Source: a bacterium (GTDB taxonomy: Bacteria; UBA8248; JACPRG01; G963555815). Taken from it: DNA of 64,000 nt. Made by a program: the position numbers and the translations under genes. Of this stretch, positions 29,231 through 39,935 are shown piece by piece. Positions within the stretch are counted from its first letter, which is position 1. Every line of letters begins with the position of its first letter. A model generated the notes under the pieces. That model saw nothing but the letters and a program-made list of their open reading frames with translations, searched no databases and had not been told where the DNA came from. Location of the stretch: NCBI GenBank assembly GCA_965261595.1, contig CBDHDG010000005.1, positions 128,001-192,000 of the forward strand, given 5' to 3'.

Positions 29231-29580
29231 TCAAGCGCGGTCGCCATTGGAACGCCCGCTTGCGCGAGCTTGGCGACCACGGTTTCCCGCGAACACCATG
29301 TCCAAAGCATAGGAATCGAATTTGAGTTCAACCGGCGTTTCCAGCTTCATTGTCAATTCATGTTCGAGCAACTTTGCGAGCGGCAACACCGCTCCCAAAT
29401 GCCACCGTCTCACGGCCTCGTGTTGTGATGTTCCATCGCTATCGACAAACAGGCTCGGAGGGGTTCTGCATGCGGCCAGGACCGCCTCGAATGCGTCCTT
29501 ACGGATCGTAGCCATTGATTCGGGCGGCATCGGCCCCAGGCGTGACGCCTGCCAGTCCCTTTGAGGTGCGGAAGCCTTTC
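29231..29580 (-). pseudogene. Phage portal-like protein C-terminal fragment
   Basis: VLAACRTPPSLF...VLPLAKLLEHELTMKL pattern; frameshifted ends. Confidence 0.55.
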
Positions 29581-30518
29581 CTTCGCCCCGCCGCCGAAGC
29601 CTCCGAAGGCCCCGAAGCCGACGAAATTCTCGAAACCGAAGAGGCCACCCAAGTCGAAGCCCATCGCTGAAAGGGGAAGAGGTGTGGGGCATTGATGCCT
29701 TCTCAGACCCGAACGCGACCGCCAAGGAAATGGGGGGAAAGGTCTGGAAATCGATCGATGGGCTGTTCGAAAAGCATGTGAAACTGCCGGATTATGTTTC
29801 AATGGGGAATCTCCCGAAGGGAACGCTCGCAATCGTCACGAACGCGGACGAAGCGGAGATGATCATCCCTCCCGGATACCGTCTGCGGATTCGTGAGGTC
29901 CGCCGTATGGTAAAATCGGACGCTTCGGGATGAGGGAGCGATAAGACGATCCAAAAACTCGTCCTCGGGGACCTGAAAAGGATGGCGAAATAGGGGAAAG
30001 CGCATGGTCAAGGAAAGCGAAGTGGAGTTACCCCGTTTCAGTGGACAGTTTAGGGCTGTCGTCCCCCGCCCTGAGGTGGGCGACAGCCGGTGGACGTAAA
30101 GTCTTCTCGCCGGCTCCATTTTGGGGGATGGAGGTGAAAAGGCACAATGCTCCCCTTTCCGCTTTATGCACACCATGTAAGGTCTGCATGTTGCCTCCGA
30201 TCAAGAGGAGCCCGAAAATTCGGACCGCGTACTCGGTTCCCCTGCCTGCCGACCATCAGGCCCTAGAAGTGTCGATCAGTCCACTTCCAGCCGCTGCCCT
30301 TACGGGCGACCGCAGCGCGGCCCATGCAAAGCACCGGGATGCAAGGGGTTGCGCAGAACGTGTCTACGCAGGCCGGATTTGCCAGCAGAGCCCGGAATTT
30401 TCGTGCCCGCCTTGCTGTCAGCGGGCGCTCCCGAATATTTTGTCCATCGCCTCCGGTGTCGGCGGGTTTTCTCGCCTGGCGCGTCACGTCTGGAGCATCC
30501 CCAGACCGGGAAAGAAGT

Positions 30519-31196
30519 TCATGCCTTCTGTATCCCAAATTTTGTCGCAAGAATGTGAGCGTGTGATTTGTCGGCCAGCAGAGCCCGCTTGATTGCGGCC
30601 AACCGCCGTTTCAGTTTCCGGGTTTCCCTTCGTGCGGTTTCCAAGAGATCATACGTTTCCGCCGATTTCTTTTTCTCGCGCATGAGCGACAGTTCGATCT
30701 CGTTTTGCTTGTCCTGGCTGGCGGCACGATCCACCGGGCCGGCAGAGGCAAGTTGCTCCCTTGTTTCCTTAAGCTCCTTCCTCATCTGAGCCGTTTCGAC
30801 TTCAGCGCGTTCGGCCCGGACGCGATCCGTTTCTACCTCGATTTCCACAACCTCTTTCCTGGATGGTTCTTCCGGTTCGGGATCGCGTTTCTTTGGAGAC
30901 TTCGGAGGAAGAGATTTGAGGGCCGAATCGATGGTTTCAAAAGCGCAGAGACTGCGTTTTTCGATAGTCGCAATCTGTAAGTAAACCTGAGCCGTTCTTG
31001 ATTTGACCTGTTCCCCCACGGGCCAATCTATCCATTGGCCGTGTGCCAATTGTGCCTTGATTTCAGTCAGGGCAACCCCAGCGGTCCATGCCCATGCAAC
31101 CGTCATCCGGCCCAGTTTTTGGACCTCCGTATAGCTGACCCGGAATTCCGTTTCCAGGTCGGCGAGGCTCTTTCCTGTTGGCTGTACACCGTTCAT
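30519..31196 (-). CDS. Phage/satellite protein (DUF3102-like N-domain, coiled coil)
   Basis: AGVALTEIKAQLAHGQW...RTAQVYLQIA; stop/start overlap with alpA. Confidence 0.7.
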   Translation of the reverse strand: MNGVQPTGKSLADLETEFRVSYTEVQKLGRMTVAWAWTAGVALTEIKAQLAHGQWIDWPVGEQVKSRTAQVYLQIATIEKRSLCAFETIDSALKSLPPKSPKKRDPEPEEPSRKEVVEIEVETDRVRAERAEVETAQMRKELKETREQLASAGPVDRAASQDKQNEIELSLMREKKKSAETYDLLETARRETRKLKRRLAAIKRALLADKSHAHILATKFGIQKA

Positions 31197-31402
31197 TTGC
31201 CGCGTCCCAGTTCTCCGGTCGCACGGGGTCGGCTGTCGATGTAGTCGCGTATTTCGGATTCTCGCCAGCGCACGGCCCTGCTGGAAATCCGGATCGGCAA
31301 TGGAAATTTTGGCGGTTTCGATCTGATTAGTCTGTAAATTGAGGATCGGGAAAGTTTGGTGAGCGTTTCGACTTCGGGTCGCGTCAACAATCGATATTTC
31401 AT
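31193..31402 (-). CDS. alpA: AlpA-family phage regulator
   Basis: LLTRPEV..LTKLSRSSIYRLI...FPLPIRISSRAVRWRESEI. Confidence 0.9.
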   Translation of the reverse strand: MKYRLLTRPEVETLTKLSRSSIYRLIRSKPPKFPLPIRISSRAVRWRESEIRDYIDSRPRATGELGRGK

Positions 31403-31561
31403 CACATCCTCCAGGAAAACATTTGATTCGCTACTTCCTGAAAGATGCAACTTTTTCCCAGATGCTTCAAAACCTAACGAAAGGGGGGTGCGTTTTAGGG
31501 TGTTGGAGTTGACCCGGTTTGGTGGACACCTGATGATTTGGGGGTAAAGGAGGTGTTCACG

Positions 31562-31876
31562 ATGCCACAGACTCACCCACGCTATCCAATGGAGTTCCGC
31601 TGCCAGATGGTAGAGTTGGTCCGGGCGGGACGCACGCCCGAGGCGCTGGCGCACGAGTTCGAGCCCTCGGCGCAGACGATCCGCACCTGGGCCCATCAAG
31701 CCGACGTTGACGAGGGGCGTCGCAAAGACGGGCTCACGAGCGATGAGCGGGAGGAGTTGCGCCGACTTCGCCGCGAGAACCGACAGCTCCGCCAGGAGCG
31801 GGAGATCTTAGCAAAAGCCGCGGCCTGGTTTGCTCGGGAGACCGATTCGATCCCGTCCGGATCTACGGGTTCGTGA
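31562..31876 (+). CDS. IS3 OrfA
   Basis: EELRRLRRENRQLRQEREILAKAAAWFA. Confidence 0.9.
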   Translation: MPQTHPRYPMEFRCQMVELVRAGRTPEALAHEFEPSAQTIRTWAHQADVDEGRRKDGLTSDEREELRRLRRENRQLRQEREILAKAAAWFARETDSIPSGSTGS

Positions 31877-32721
31877 GGGCGAACCAGGCCATGTATCGGA
31901 CCGCCACCATGTGCCGGGTGCTGGGCGTCTCCTCCAGCGGCTACTACGCGTGGCGCAGGCGCGCGCCGTGTGCCCGCTCGTGTGCCGATCGGGCGCTCAC
32001 CAAACGCATTCAGGCGATCCACGAGCGTTCTCGGGGGACTTACGGCGTGCCGCGCGTCCATGCCGAGCTGGAGGCTGAGGGAGTGCGTGTGGGCCGCAAG
32101 CGCGTCGCCAGGCTGATACGTGGGGCGGGACTTGCGGGCGTCAGTCGGCGCAAGGGAGCGCGCACGACGCAGCGCCGGCAGGAGGCGCGGCCGGCCCCTG
32201 ATCTGGTGGACCGCAACTTCACGGCCGAGGCCCCCGACCGGCTGTGGGTGGCCGACATCACCTACGTTCCGACATGGGCGGGGTTTTTGTATCTGGCCGT
32301 GGCGCTCGATGCGTTCAGCCGGCGCATCGTGGGGTGGTCGATGGCCACACACCTGCGGGCCGAGTTGGTGCTCGACGCGCTCGACATGGCGCTGTATAAG
32401 CGCCGTCCCCGGGCCGTCATCCACCACTCCGACCAGGGCACGCAGTACACCTCGGTCGCCTTTGGGCAGCGCTGCCGGCAGGCGGGCGTGCGTCCCTCCA
32501 TGGGTTCGGTCGGGGACTGCTACGACAACGCGCTGTGTGAGAGCTTTTTCGCCACGCTGGAGTGCGAGCTCCTCGCTCGCCACAGTTTCCGCACCCGGGC
32601 CGAGGCGCGCATGGAGGTGTTCGGGTTCATCGAGGGCTTCTACAACCCGCATCGTCGGCACTCCTCCATCGACAACCTGTCACCCGTTAACTACGAAAGG
32701 AGACAACAACGCACACCCTGA
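31873..32721 (+). CDS. IS3 OrfB DDE transposase
   Basis: WVADITY, HHSDQGTQY, DNALCESFF. Confidence 0.95.
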   Translation: MRANQAMYRTATMCRVLGVSSSGYYAWRRRAPCARSCADRALTKRIQAIHERSRGTYGVPRVHAELEAEGVRVGRKRVARLIRGAGLAGVSRRKGARTTQRRQEARPAPDLVDRNFTAEAPDRLWVADITYVPTWAGFLYLAVALDAFSRRIVGWSMATHLRAELVLDALDMALYKRRPRAVIHHSDQGTQYTSVAFGQRCRQAGVRPSMGSVGDCYDNALCESFFATLECELLARHSFRTRAEARMEVFGFIEGFYNPHRRHSSIDNLSPVNYERRQQRTP

Positions 32722-33820
32722 AAACCCAAGTGCTTAACTCTCCACGAAACCGGGGTAAGTCGACTTAGCCATCCTGCGGTTCTCCTGTGTCATCAAAGTA
32801 CCCCATTTTACTACAGATTCAGGGTCTCTTTGCAGAACCCTCTGCTCAATCGAGGGGCAACGGCCGTCCTAAAGCCGCAATCCCTTGAAAACCCAGCTCT
32901 ACCGGCACACTCAGGGGAGTTCGGCACAGACTGATCCCCCGTCTCCACCACGTCACTAAGCTTCCGGGCCATCTGCTCCGTCATCCGGTATCTGGTACGG
33001 GAGGCGGTAACCACAACCGTCGAATTCGTTCAAGGATTGCCCTGAACAGTTGACGCGGCACGGCCACCTCGGCCATCTGGAAGGTGGTGTGCCGGGCGTG
33101 GGTGACCACCTTGGCCCCAATCTTAATCAGCTTCTCGCGTAACGTCGTCAGCGACCAGTGCTTCACCGCTCTGGGCAACGCCAGCCGCCGCAGGAAGTTT
33201 GCCAGGTTGTACGCCAAGGCAAATAGTTGCAAGCGAACCTGGTTCTCTTCAAAGCCGTGGCAGGACAGGCGCGTCCAGTTCAGGGCGTACTTGCCCTCCT
33301 TGATCCACTGCTCCGCCGTCCCACGCTGGTTGTAGAACCTCACGACGTTCTCTTCCCGCCAGTGCAGGTTGGTCACGATGAAGCTGACTCTTGGAAACAA
33401 CTCGCCCTGGTGCCACTCGACCGCCACCACCACCCGGCGAGGCTTCTCCCAACTAGCCGCCTGATAGGAGACGCTGTGGTAGAAGATAATGGGCCTTTTG
33501 GGCGGTCGGCCAACCGGCCGGGTCAGAAGGTATTCGATGTCCCTGTACAAGATGGCGTTGGCCGGAAGCCGAATCGCATAGGAGTAGCCCTCCGCCTCAA
33601 GGTATCGGTACACCTCCGGCTTGGCAAATGCCGCGTCGCCTCGAAAAAACCGACAGACCTTCGCATCCCGGTAGCGAGCTACCACCGGCTCCAATACAGA
33701 CCACCAGTCATCAGCGCTGTGGACCTTGCCGTTGCGCAACAGCGCCCGCTCCAGATCGCCAAACTGGTTGAAGCTGGACCGCCCCTGGGTTATTGGACAC
33801 TCGGGTGAGGGTATTCGACC

Positions 33821-34738
33821 TCATGCGGCCTCCGCAACTTGAGCGAGTTTTTCCTGCCTTGCCTGGGCCGGCGTTCGGTAGCCGTAGCCCTCGAGAATCC
33901 AATGATGGTTGTACAGGTTTTTGAACTCAAGCAGCGCCCACCGCAGTTCCTCTACGGTGGCGAAAGAGCGCACCCACAGGAGATTCTCCTTCAAGATGCG
34001 GATAAACCACTCACAGTAGCCATTTCCCTCGGGCGCCCGCACGAAGCTGGGCGAACTGGTCATGCCCAGGTAGGCGATCTCCCGCTGAAAGTCATCGGAC
34101 AGATAGGCGGGGCCGTGGTCGTGACGAACTTTAAGCCCCTCGGCGACGTCCGCCTCCAAGCCGGCGAAGCGCTCGGCGACCCCCTGCCGGATCGGCTCCA
34201 GGGCCTCGAAGCGGTTGCCGCTCTTGGCCGCATGGATCCCCACGCAGTCCACCGAGCAGTGATCCACCGCCACGAACACCGAGGCCACCCCCTCCTCGGT
34301 GGTCACCGTCGTCGTCATGTCCGTGCTCCACATTCGGTCGGGCCGCTCGGTGCGGATGGTCCCGTTGTGGGCCTTGGGACCTCGGGGTTTGCCCACCCGG
34401 TGGGGGGCCTGAAGCCCCGCCTCCCGCATCAGGCGACGCACCCGCTCCTTGCTGGTGCGGATGCCCGCGAAGCGCAGCCTCGCCCACACCTTGCGGTAGC
34501 CCTCGCCATGGAAGGGAGAGTCCTCCAGGACCTGCCGGATGTGGCCGAGGAGTTCCGCATCGGTGCACGGGCCCACAGGGCCGCGCTTATTGGGCGTGGG
34601 GCGTTCATGAACGGGGACCGCCTCTCGCCGCCGTTGCGCGTAGACCGTGGAGCGCGCCAAGCCCCAAAGGGCGCACACCCGCTTCAGGCCGTAGGCTCTG
34701 CCCGTGGAGGTGAAGCGGGCCTGACTCATCGCCTCCAC
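33821..34738 (-). CDS. IS3 OrfB DDE transposase
   Basis: WSTD, HDHG, NGYCE. Confidence 0.92.
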   Translation of the reverse strand: MEAMSQARFTSTGRAYGLKRVCALWGLARSTVYAQRRREAVPVHERPTPNKRGPVGPCTDAELLGHIRQVLEDSPFHGEGYRKVWARLRFAGIRTSKERVRRLMREAGLQAPHRVGKPRGPKAHNGTIRTERPDRMWSTDMTTTVTTEEGVASVFVAVDHCSVDCVGIHAAKSGNRFEALEPIRQGVAERFAGLEADVAEGLKVRHDHGPAYLSDDFQREIAYLGMTSSPSFVRAPEGNGYCEWFIRILKENLLWVRSFATVEELRWALLEFKNLYNHHWILEGYGYRTPAQARQEKLAQVAEAA

Positions 34739-35112
34739 CTCCTGCCGGCTAAAGGGCGGCCGGCCTCCAGGCGGTCGATCTTCTCCCGCAGGACCTCGCC
34801 CTCCATCGTGAGTTCGCCCACCTTGGCCTTGAGCCGGACGTTCTCCTCGGCCCGCTCATCCGCCGGGCGGGCTTTGAGCGCCGCCTCGCCCCCGCGAAGG
34901 AACGCCTCGCGCCAGGCGGAAAGCCGAGCCGCTGTCGTGCCCAACTCGCGGCAGAGCGTCTCCAGGCTCTCGCCCCGCAAAAGACGCAGGACCGCCTCCC
35001 GCTTGCGCTGGCAGGAGAACCGACTCCGCTCACTGCGATGCCCTGGGGCCTTGGCTCCGTTCGCCCTGCGGGCGCCCTCCGCCAAAGCCCCCTCTTGCTT
35101 TTGTTCGTTCAT
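34726..35112 (-). CDS. IS3 OrfA
   Basis: Near-identical to the other copies. Confidence 0.9.
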   Translation of the reverse strand: MNEQKQEGALAEGARRANGAKAPGHRSERSRFSCQRKREAVLRLLRGESLETLCRELGTTAARLSAWREAFLRGGEAALKARPADERAEENVRLKAKVGELTMEGEVLREKIDRLEAGRPLAGRRWRR

Positions 35113-35519
35113 CGCGACACCCCTTTCTCCATGAATCATGGATCAATCGAGTGTCCAACAAAACCCTAGAGCGGGGGAAAGCAAAACAGTGGGTGATAGC
35201 AGGTGCAGCCGAAGTGGCCGTTGTAGGAAGAGCCTTCCTGCTCACCGTGGGTCGGGCTGACCGAACTGTCCATGTCCAGGATCAGCTTGCGAATCGGCTT
35301 GCGTTTGCGGACACGATCCACCAACACACCGGGCAGACCGCTCAGCGCCTTGAGGGGTTAAGGGGCCGGGTGAGGGTCTGCGTCTCGAATCGGCTCATCT
35401 GGCTGGTGGAGGCAGCGGTGTGATACTTCGCTCGCCCCCCAACCACCTGACGCATGGCGGGATCGACACAGAGCCGCTCGGCATCATTGGTGTCTTTATA
35501 TCCTGCCAGGCGGCTGTAG

Positions 35520-36128
35520 CCCAGATATCCCATATGGATCATAACTTTTGTCGGACCGGAGGACATTTTCTGGAGTAAAATCAATGCATGAGCCTCCCCG
35601 AGCCATCCTCTCGCGGGGTAATCCAATGGGTGAAGCGAAAAAGTGGGCGTTGAAGGTCCGTTTTGAGCGTCGGCTGAGGCTTGAGTTTCACGGAACCAGA
35701 ATGACTTCGGATGCGGGATTGCTGGCCTGCCGAGAGGGATCAAGCACTGGTCGTTACGCGGCCTTCAGCTTAAGCTCCTCAAAATGGGCGGCCGGCTCGT
35801 GCGGTACGCCCGCCACATCACCTTCCAGTTGGCCGAGGTCGGTGTATCCAGGAAGACATTTGCCCTTATCTTGGAGAGAATCAAGCGATGATGCCCGGTG
35901 CCTGTCTAGCGACCCTAAGCGGAGTCCACACAAGGGCAAAATGACGAAGACTCCAAACCTGGTGGTCAAGCCCGTTTACACGCCGGCGCTGACATGGTTT
36001 TCCAATGGCGGATACCGCTCCGATCAGGGTTTCAGGCGCCCGAAATGGTGTTGACAGCCCCGGTAAAGAGGGCTCTAATTGAGTTAAAGAGCAACGGGTG
36101 GTCAATACAAGAGTTGTCTTGATTTAAA
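35520..36128 (+). mobile_element. Internally deleted IS1380 derivative
   Basis: End CCCAGATATCCCATATGG; N-terminal MGEAKK...SDAGLLACRE joined directly to C-terminal KHWSL...FQLAEV. Confidence 0.85.
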
Positions 36129-37825
36129 CCGGGATTTCCCAGATGACCACTCTTAGCCATCCTGTGGTCCTCCTGTGTCATCAAAGTACCCCATTTTACT
36201 ACAGATTCAGGGTCTCTTTGCAGAACCCTCTGCTCAATCGAGGGGCAACGGCCGTCCTAAAGCCGCAATCCCTTGAAAACCCAGCTCTACCGGCACACTC
36301 AGGGGAGTTCGGCACAGACTGATCCCCCGTCTCCACCACGTCACTAAGCTTCCGGGCCATCTGCTCCGTCATCCGGTATCTGGTACGGGAGGCGGTAACC
36401 ACAACCGTCGAATTCGTTCAAGGATTGCCCTGAACAGTTGACGCGGCACGGCCACCTCGGCCATCTGGAAGGTGGTGTACCGGGCGTGGGTGACCACCTT
36501 GGCCCCAATCTTAATCAGCTTCTCGCGTAACGTCGTCAGCGACCAGTGCTTCACCGCTCTGGGCAACGCCAGCCGCCGCAGGAAGTTTGCCAGGTTGTAC
36601 GCCAAGGCAAATAGTTGCAAGCGAACCTGGTTCTCTTCAAAGCCGTGGCAGGACAGGCGCGTCCAGTTCAGGGCGTACTTGCCCTCCTTGATCCACTGCT
36701 CCGCCGTCCCACGCTGGTTGTAGAACCTCACGACGTTCTCTTCCCGCCAGTGCAGGTTGGTCACGATGAAGCTGACTCTTGGAAACAACTCGCCCTGGTG
36801 CCACTCGACCGCCACCACCACCCGGCGAGGCTTCTCCCAACTAGCCGCCTGATAGGGGAGACGCTGTGGTAGAAGATAATGGGCCTTTTGGGCGGTCGGC
36901 CAACCGGCCGGGTCAGAAGGTATTCGATGTCCCTGTACAAGATGGCGTTGGCCGGAAGCCGAATCGCATAGGAGTAGCCCTCCGCCTCAAGGTATCGGTA
37001 CACCTCCGGCTTGGCAAATGCCGCGTCGCCTCGAAAAAACCGACAGACCTTCGCATCCCGGTAGCGAGCTACCACCGGCTCCAATACAGACCGCCAGTCA
37101 TCAGCGCTGTGGACCTTGCCGTTGCGCAACAGCGCCCGCTCCAGATCGCCAAACTGGTTGAAGCAAAACAGTGGGTGATAGCAGGTGCAGCCGAAGTGGC
37201 CGTTGTAGGAAGAGCCTTCCTGCTCACCGTGGGTCGGGCTGACCGAACTGTCCATGTCCAGGATCAGCTTGCGAATCGGCTTGCGTTTGCGGACACGATC
37301 CACCAACACACCGGGCAGACCGCTCAGCGCCTTGAGGGGTTAAGGGGCCGGGTGAGGGTCTGCGTCTCGAATCGGCTCATCTGGCTGGTGGAGGCAGCGG
37401 TGTGATACTTCGCTCGCCCCCCAACCACCTGACGCATGGCGGGATCGACACAGAGCCGCTCGGCATCATTGGTGTCTTTATATCCTGCCAGGCGGCTGTA
37501 GACCGACTGGCGCACCAAAGCGGTGAGGCTGTGCCGGGTGTTCCCGCCCGTCCGTGAATCGGACAGAAACCCCTCGGCCGCCTTCGTCAGCCCCAACACC
37601 TCATCCAGTTCACGATAGGCAAGCAAACCGGCGTCACTCGTAACCTTTGCTCCGTGAAACTCCAGCCTGAGCCGACCGTCGAATTGGAGCCTCAACGGCC
37701 TCTTTTTCGCTTCACCCATCGGGTCCCCTCGCAAGATGATGGCAGGGAGAGGCCAACACCTTGATTTTACACGAGAAAACGGCCTTCGGGGCGTTAAAAA
37801 TTATCATCCATATGGGAAATGCGGG
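36129..37825 (-). mobile_element. IS1380-family element, frameshifted transposase (36369-37719)
   Basis: Ends CCGGGATTTCCCAGATG / CATATGGGAAATGCGGG; LDMDSS motif; two frameshifts. Confidence 0.92.
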
Positions 37826-38744
37826 TGTAGACCGACTGGCGCACCAAAGCGGTGAGGCTGTGCCGGGTGTTCCCGCCCGTCCGTGAATCGGACAGAAACC
37901 CCTCGGCCGCCTTCGTCAGCCCCAACACCTCATCCAGTTCACGATAGGCAAGCAAACCGGCGTCACTCGTAACCTTTGCTCCGTGAAACTCCAGCCTGAG
38001 CCGACCGTCGAATTGGAGCCTCAACGGCCTCTTTTTCGCTTCACCCATTGGGTCCCCTCGCAAGATGATGGCAGGGAGAGGCCAACACCTTGATTTTACA
38101 CGAGAAAACGGCCTTCGGGGCGTTAAAAATTATCATCCATATGGGAAATGCGGGCTTAGTTTATGTTATTACAATTTCCGTTTTCCCCACGTTTATCTCC
38201 ACATGAAAAGCAGGAATATACGGGAATTTCACCAAACCTCGCCTATGAGACCCTTGTTTTTCCGGGGCCACCACGACCCTTCGGTAAAGATTTTCGCGCG
38301 CCTGAGCGTCGCATTCAAATCCTCACGGCATGTTGGCGATTCATCCAGGCCCGCGAGGCACGCATGACCCGCAATGGTGCTCCGCGGAGGACGCTTCGGT
38401 GCCCGCCGAAACGGGGTAGTAACTCCAGGGCAAAAGTTACCGCGCCCGGCTACCAGCGGCAATTACGTAGTCCGCGGTCGTCGCTATGTCGGCGTCGCCC
38501 GCCCGACAGGCGCCGTGTCTTTTCCGCCGTGGACCGACGGTTCCGCGCACCACTGATGACGCATCGCTGATGCCCTTCCGGCCAGCGTCCGCCATCGCGT
38601 GAACTGGCGGAAACGTCCGTAAATACAGGGCCTTCCGGCTCGACCCGTCCCGCCCAGGCGCACGGCTTCCTTGGATAAACGCCGCCGCGGCCGCTTCCTA
38701 TACTGACCACCGGTCGCGCGGCCCAACTCAGGGAGCCGCGACCC

Positions 38745-39935
38745 ATGACCGACCCAAACAGATCCACCTTCGCCCGCCGCGTCCACGCCGCCAGGCCCCG
38801 TAACAAGCCCTACGATGTCTGGGACGACGTGATCACCGGCCTCGCGCTGCGCGTCGGCACGACCGGCTATCGCTCGTTCTTTCTACGCCGCAGCGTGCGC
38901 GGGCACAAACGCTACGCCACCATCGGCAACGCCGACAAGATGACCGTACCCGAGGTCCGGCGGGAGGCCCGCAAGCTGATCGCCGCCTTCATCGACACGT
39001 TGAAGACGAACGACGGCCCCAGGACGCCCGGCCGACCGATGGACGCCTTCGCCGACGAGTTCCTCGAACGCTACGCCCGCCACTGGAAGCCCAAAACCCT
39101 GGAGTCCAGTGCCCTCTGCATACGCAAGTACATTCTCCCCGCCTTCGGCCACCTCACCGTGGACGCCATCACCGTCGAGCACGTCAAGGACTGGTTCGCC
39201 TCCATGGCCGACCGGCCCGGCATGGCCAACCGCTCCATGCCGGTCCTGTCCGTCATGATGCGCATGGCCGAGCTTTGGGGCTACCGGCCGCACAACTCCA
39301 ATCCCTGCAAGAACACGAAGCGCTACCGGATGCAGGCCAGGGAACGGTTCCTTACGGCCGAGGAGATGGCCCGGCTCAACGCGGTGCTCACCCGCGATGA
39401 GTTCTATTGTCCCCAGGTCGTCGCCATCATCCGCCTGCTCATGCTGACCGGCTGCCGCCTGGGCGAGATCGTCTCGCTCGAATGGGGCTGGATCAAGGGC
39501 AAGCGGATCCATCTCCCCGATTCCAAGTCAGGGCCACGTACGGTCTGGCTGTCCAGCGCCGCCCGCGCGGTGATCGACGCCATACCGCACTACAGCGAAG
39601 ATTGCCCGTTCCTCTTTCCCGCCCGTCCCCCCACGAGCCACATCGAGAACTTTGCCAACCAATGGCATCGCATCCGCAAGGAGGCCGGTCTGGAAGGGCT
39701 GCGGATTCACGACCTCCGCCACAACTGGGCTTCGGTCGCGGCCATGAACGGCGTGGATATGGTCACCATCGCCAAGCTCTTGGGCCATGCCCTGGTCGAG
39801 ACCACGGAGCGTTACGCCCACCTTTCCGACCAGTCGGTATCGGACGCCGCCAACCGGATGTCGAACCGCATTCAGGCCGCCCTGGCCGGAAGGGGCGCGG
39901 AGGGTAAGGGAGGGTCCGATCATGCCCACGGTTGA
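38745..39935 (+). CDS. Tyrosine recombinase/integrase with arm-binding domain
   Basis: TGCRLGEI, IHDLRH, LLGH, TERYAH. Confidence 0.95.
   Translation: MTDPNRSTFARRVHAARPRNKPYDVWDDVITGLALRVGTTGYRSFFLRRSVRGHKRYATIGNADKMTVPEVRREARKLIAAFIDTLKTNDGPRTPGRPMDAFADEFLERYARHWKPKTLESSALCIRKYILPAFGHLTVDAITVEHVKDWFASMADRPGMANRSMPVLSVMMRMAELWGYRPHNSNPCKNTKRYRMQARERFLTAEEMARLNAVLTRDEFYCPQVVAIIRLLMLTGCRLGEIVSLEWGWIKGKRIHLPDSKSGPRTVWLSSAARAVIDAIPHYSEDCPFLFPARPPTSHIENFANQWHRIRKEAGLEGLRIHDLRHNWASVAAMNGVDMVTIAKLLGHALVETTERYAHLSDQSVSDAANRMSNRIQAALAGRGAEGKGGSDHAHG

Larger units (their letters stand above)
31504..32763 (+). mobile_element. IS3-family element (second type)
   Basis: IRs TGGAGTTGACCCGGTTTGGTGGA / TCGACTTACCCCGGTTTCGTGGA; no TSD. 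Confidence 0.9.
33775..35178 (-). mobile_element. IS3-family element, copy 3, inserted in IS1380
   Basis: 4-bp TSD AAGC; OrfA 34726-35112, OrfB 33821-34738. Confidence 0.95.
32764..38154 (-). mobile_element. IS1380-family element split by two nested insertions (pieces 32764-33774, 35179-35519, 37826-38154)
   Basis: The pieces rejoin into the sequence of 36129-37825; RGDAAF and YNQRGTAEQWIKEGK motifs. Confidence 0.9.

Noticed and set aside
29682..29933. 83-aa plus-strand ORF in the phage debris
   Set aside because: No recognisable motif or clear start
32764..32768. CTTAG here and at 38155-38159 as the TSD of the outer IS1380
   Set aside because: CTTAG is internal IS sequence in the intact sister copy (36152), so this is probably coincidence after end truncation
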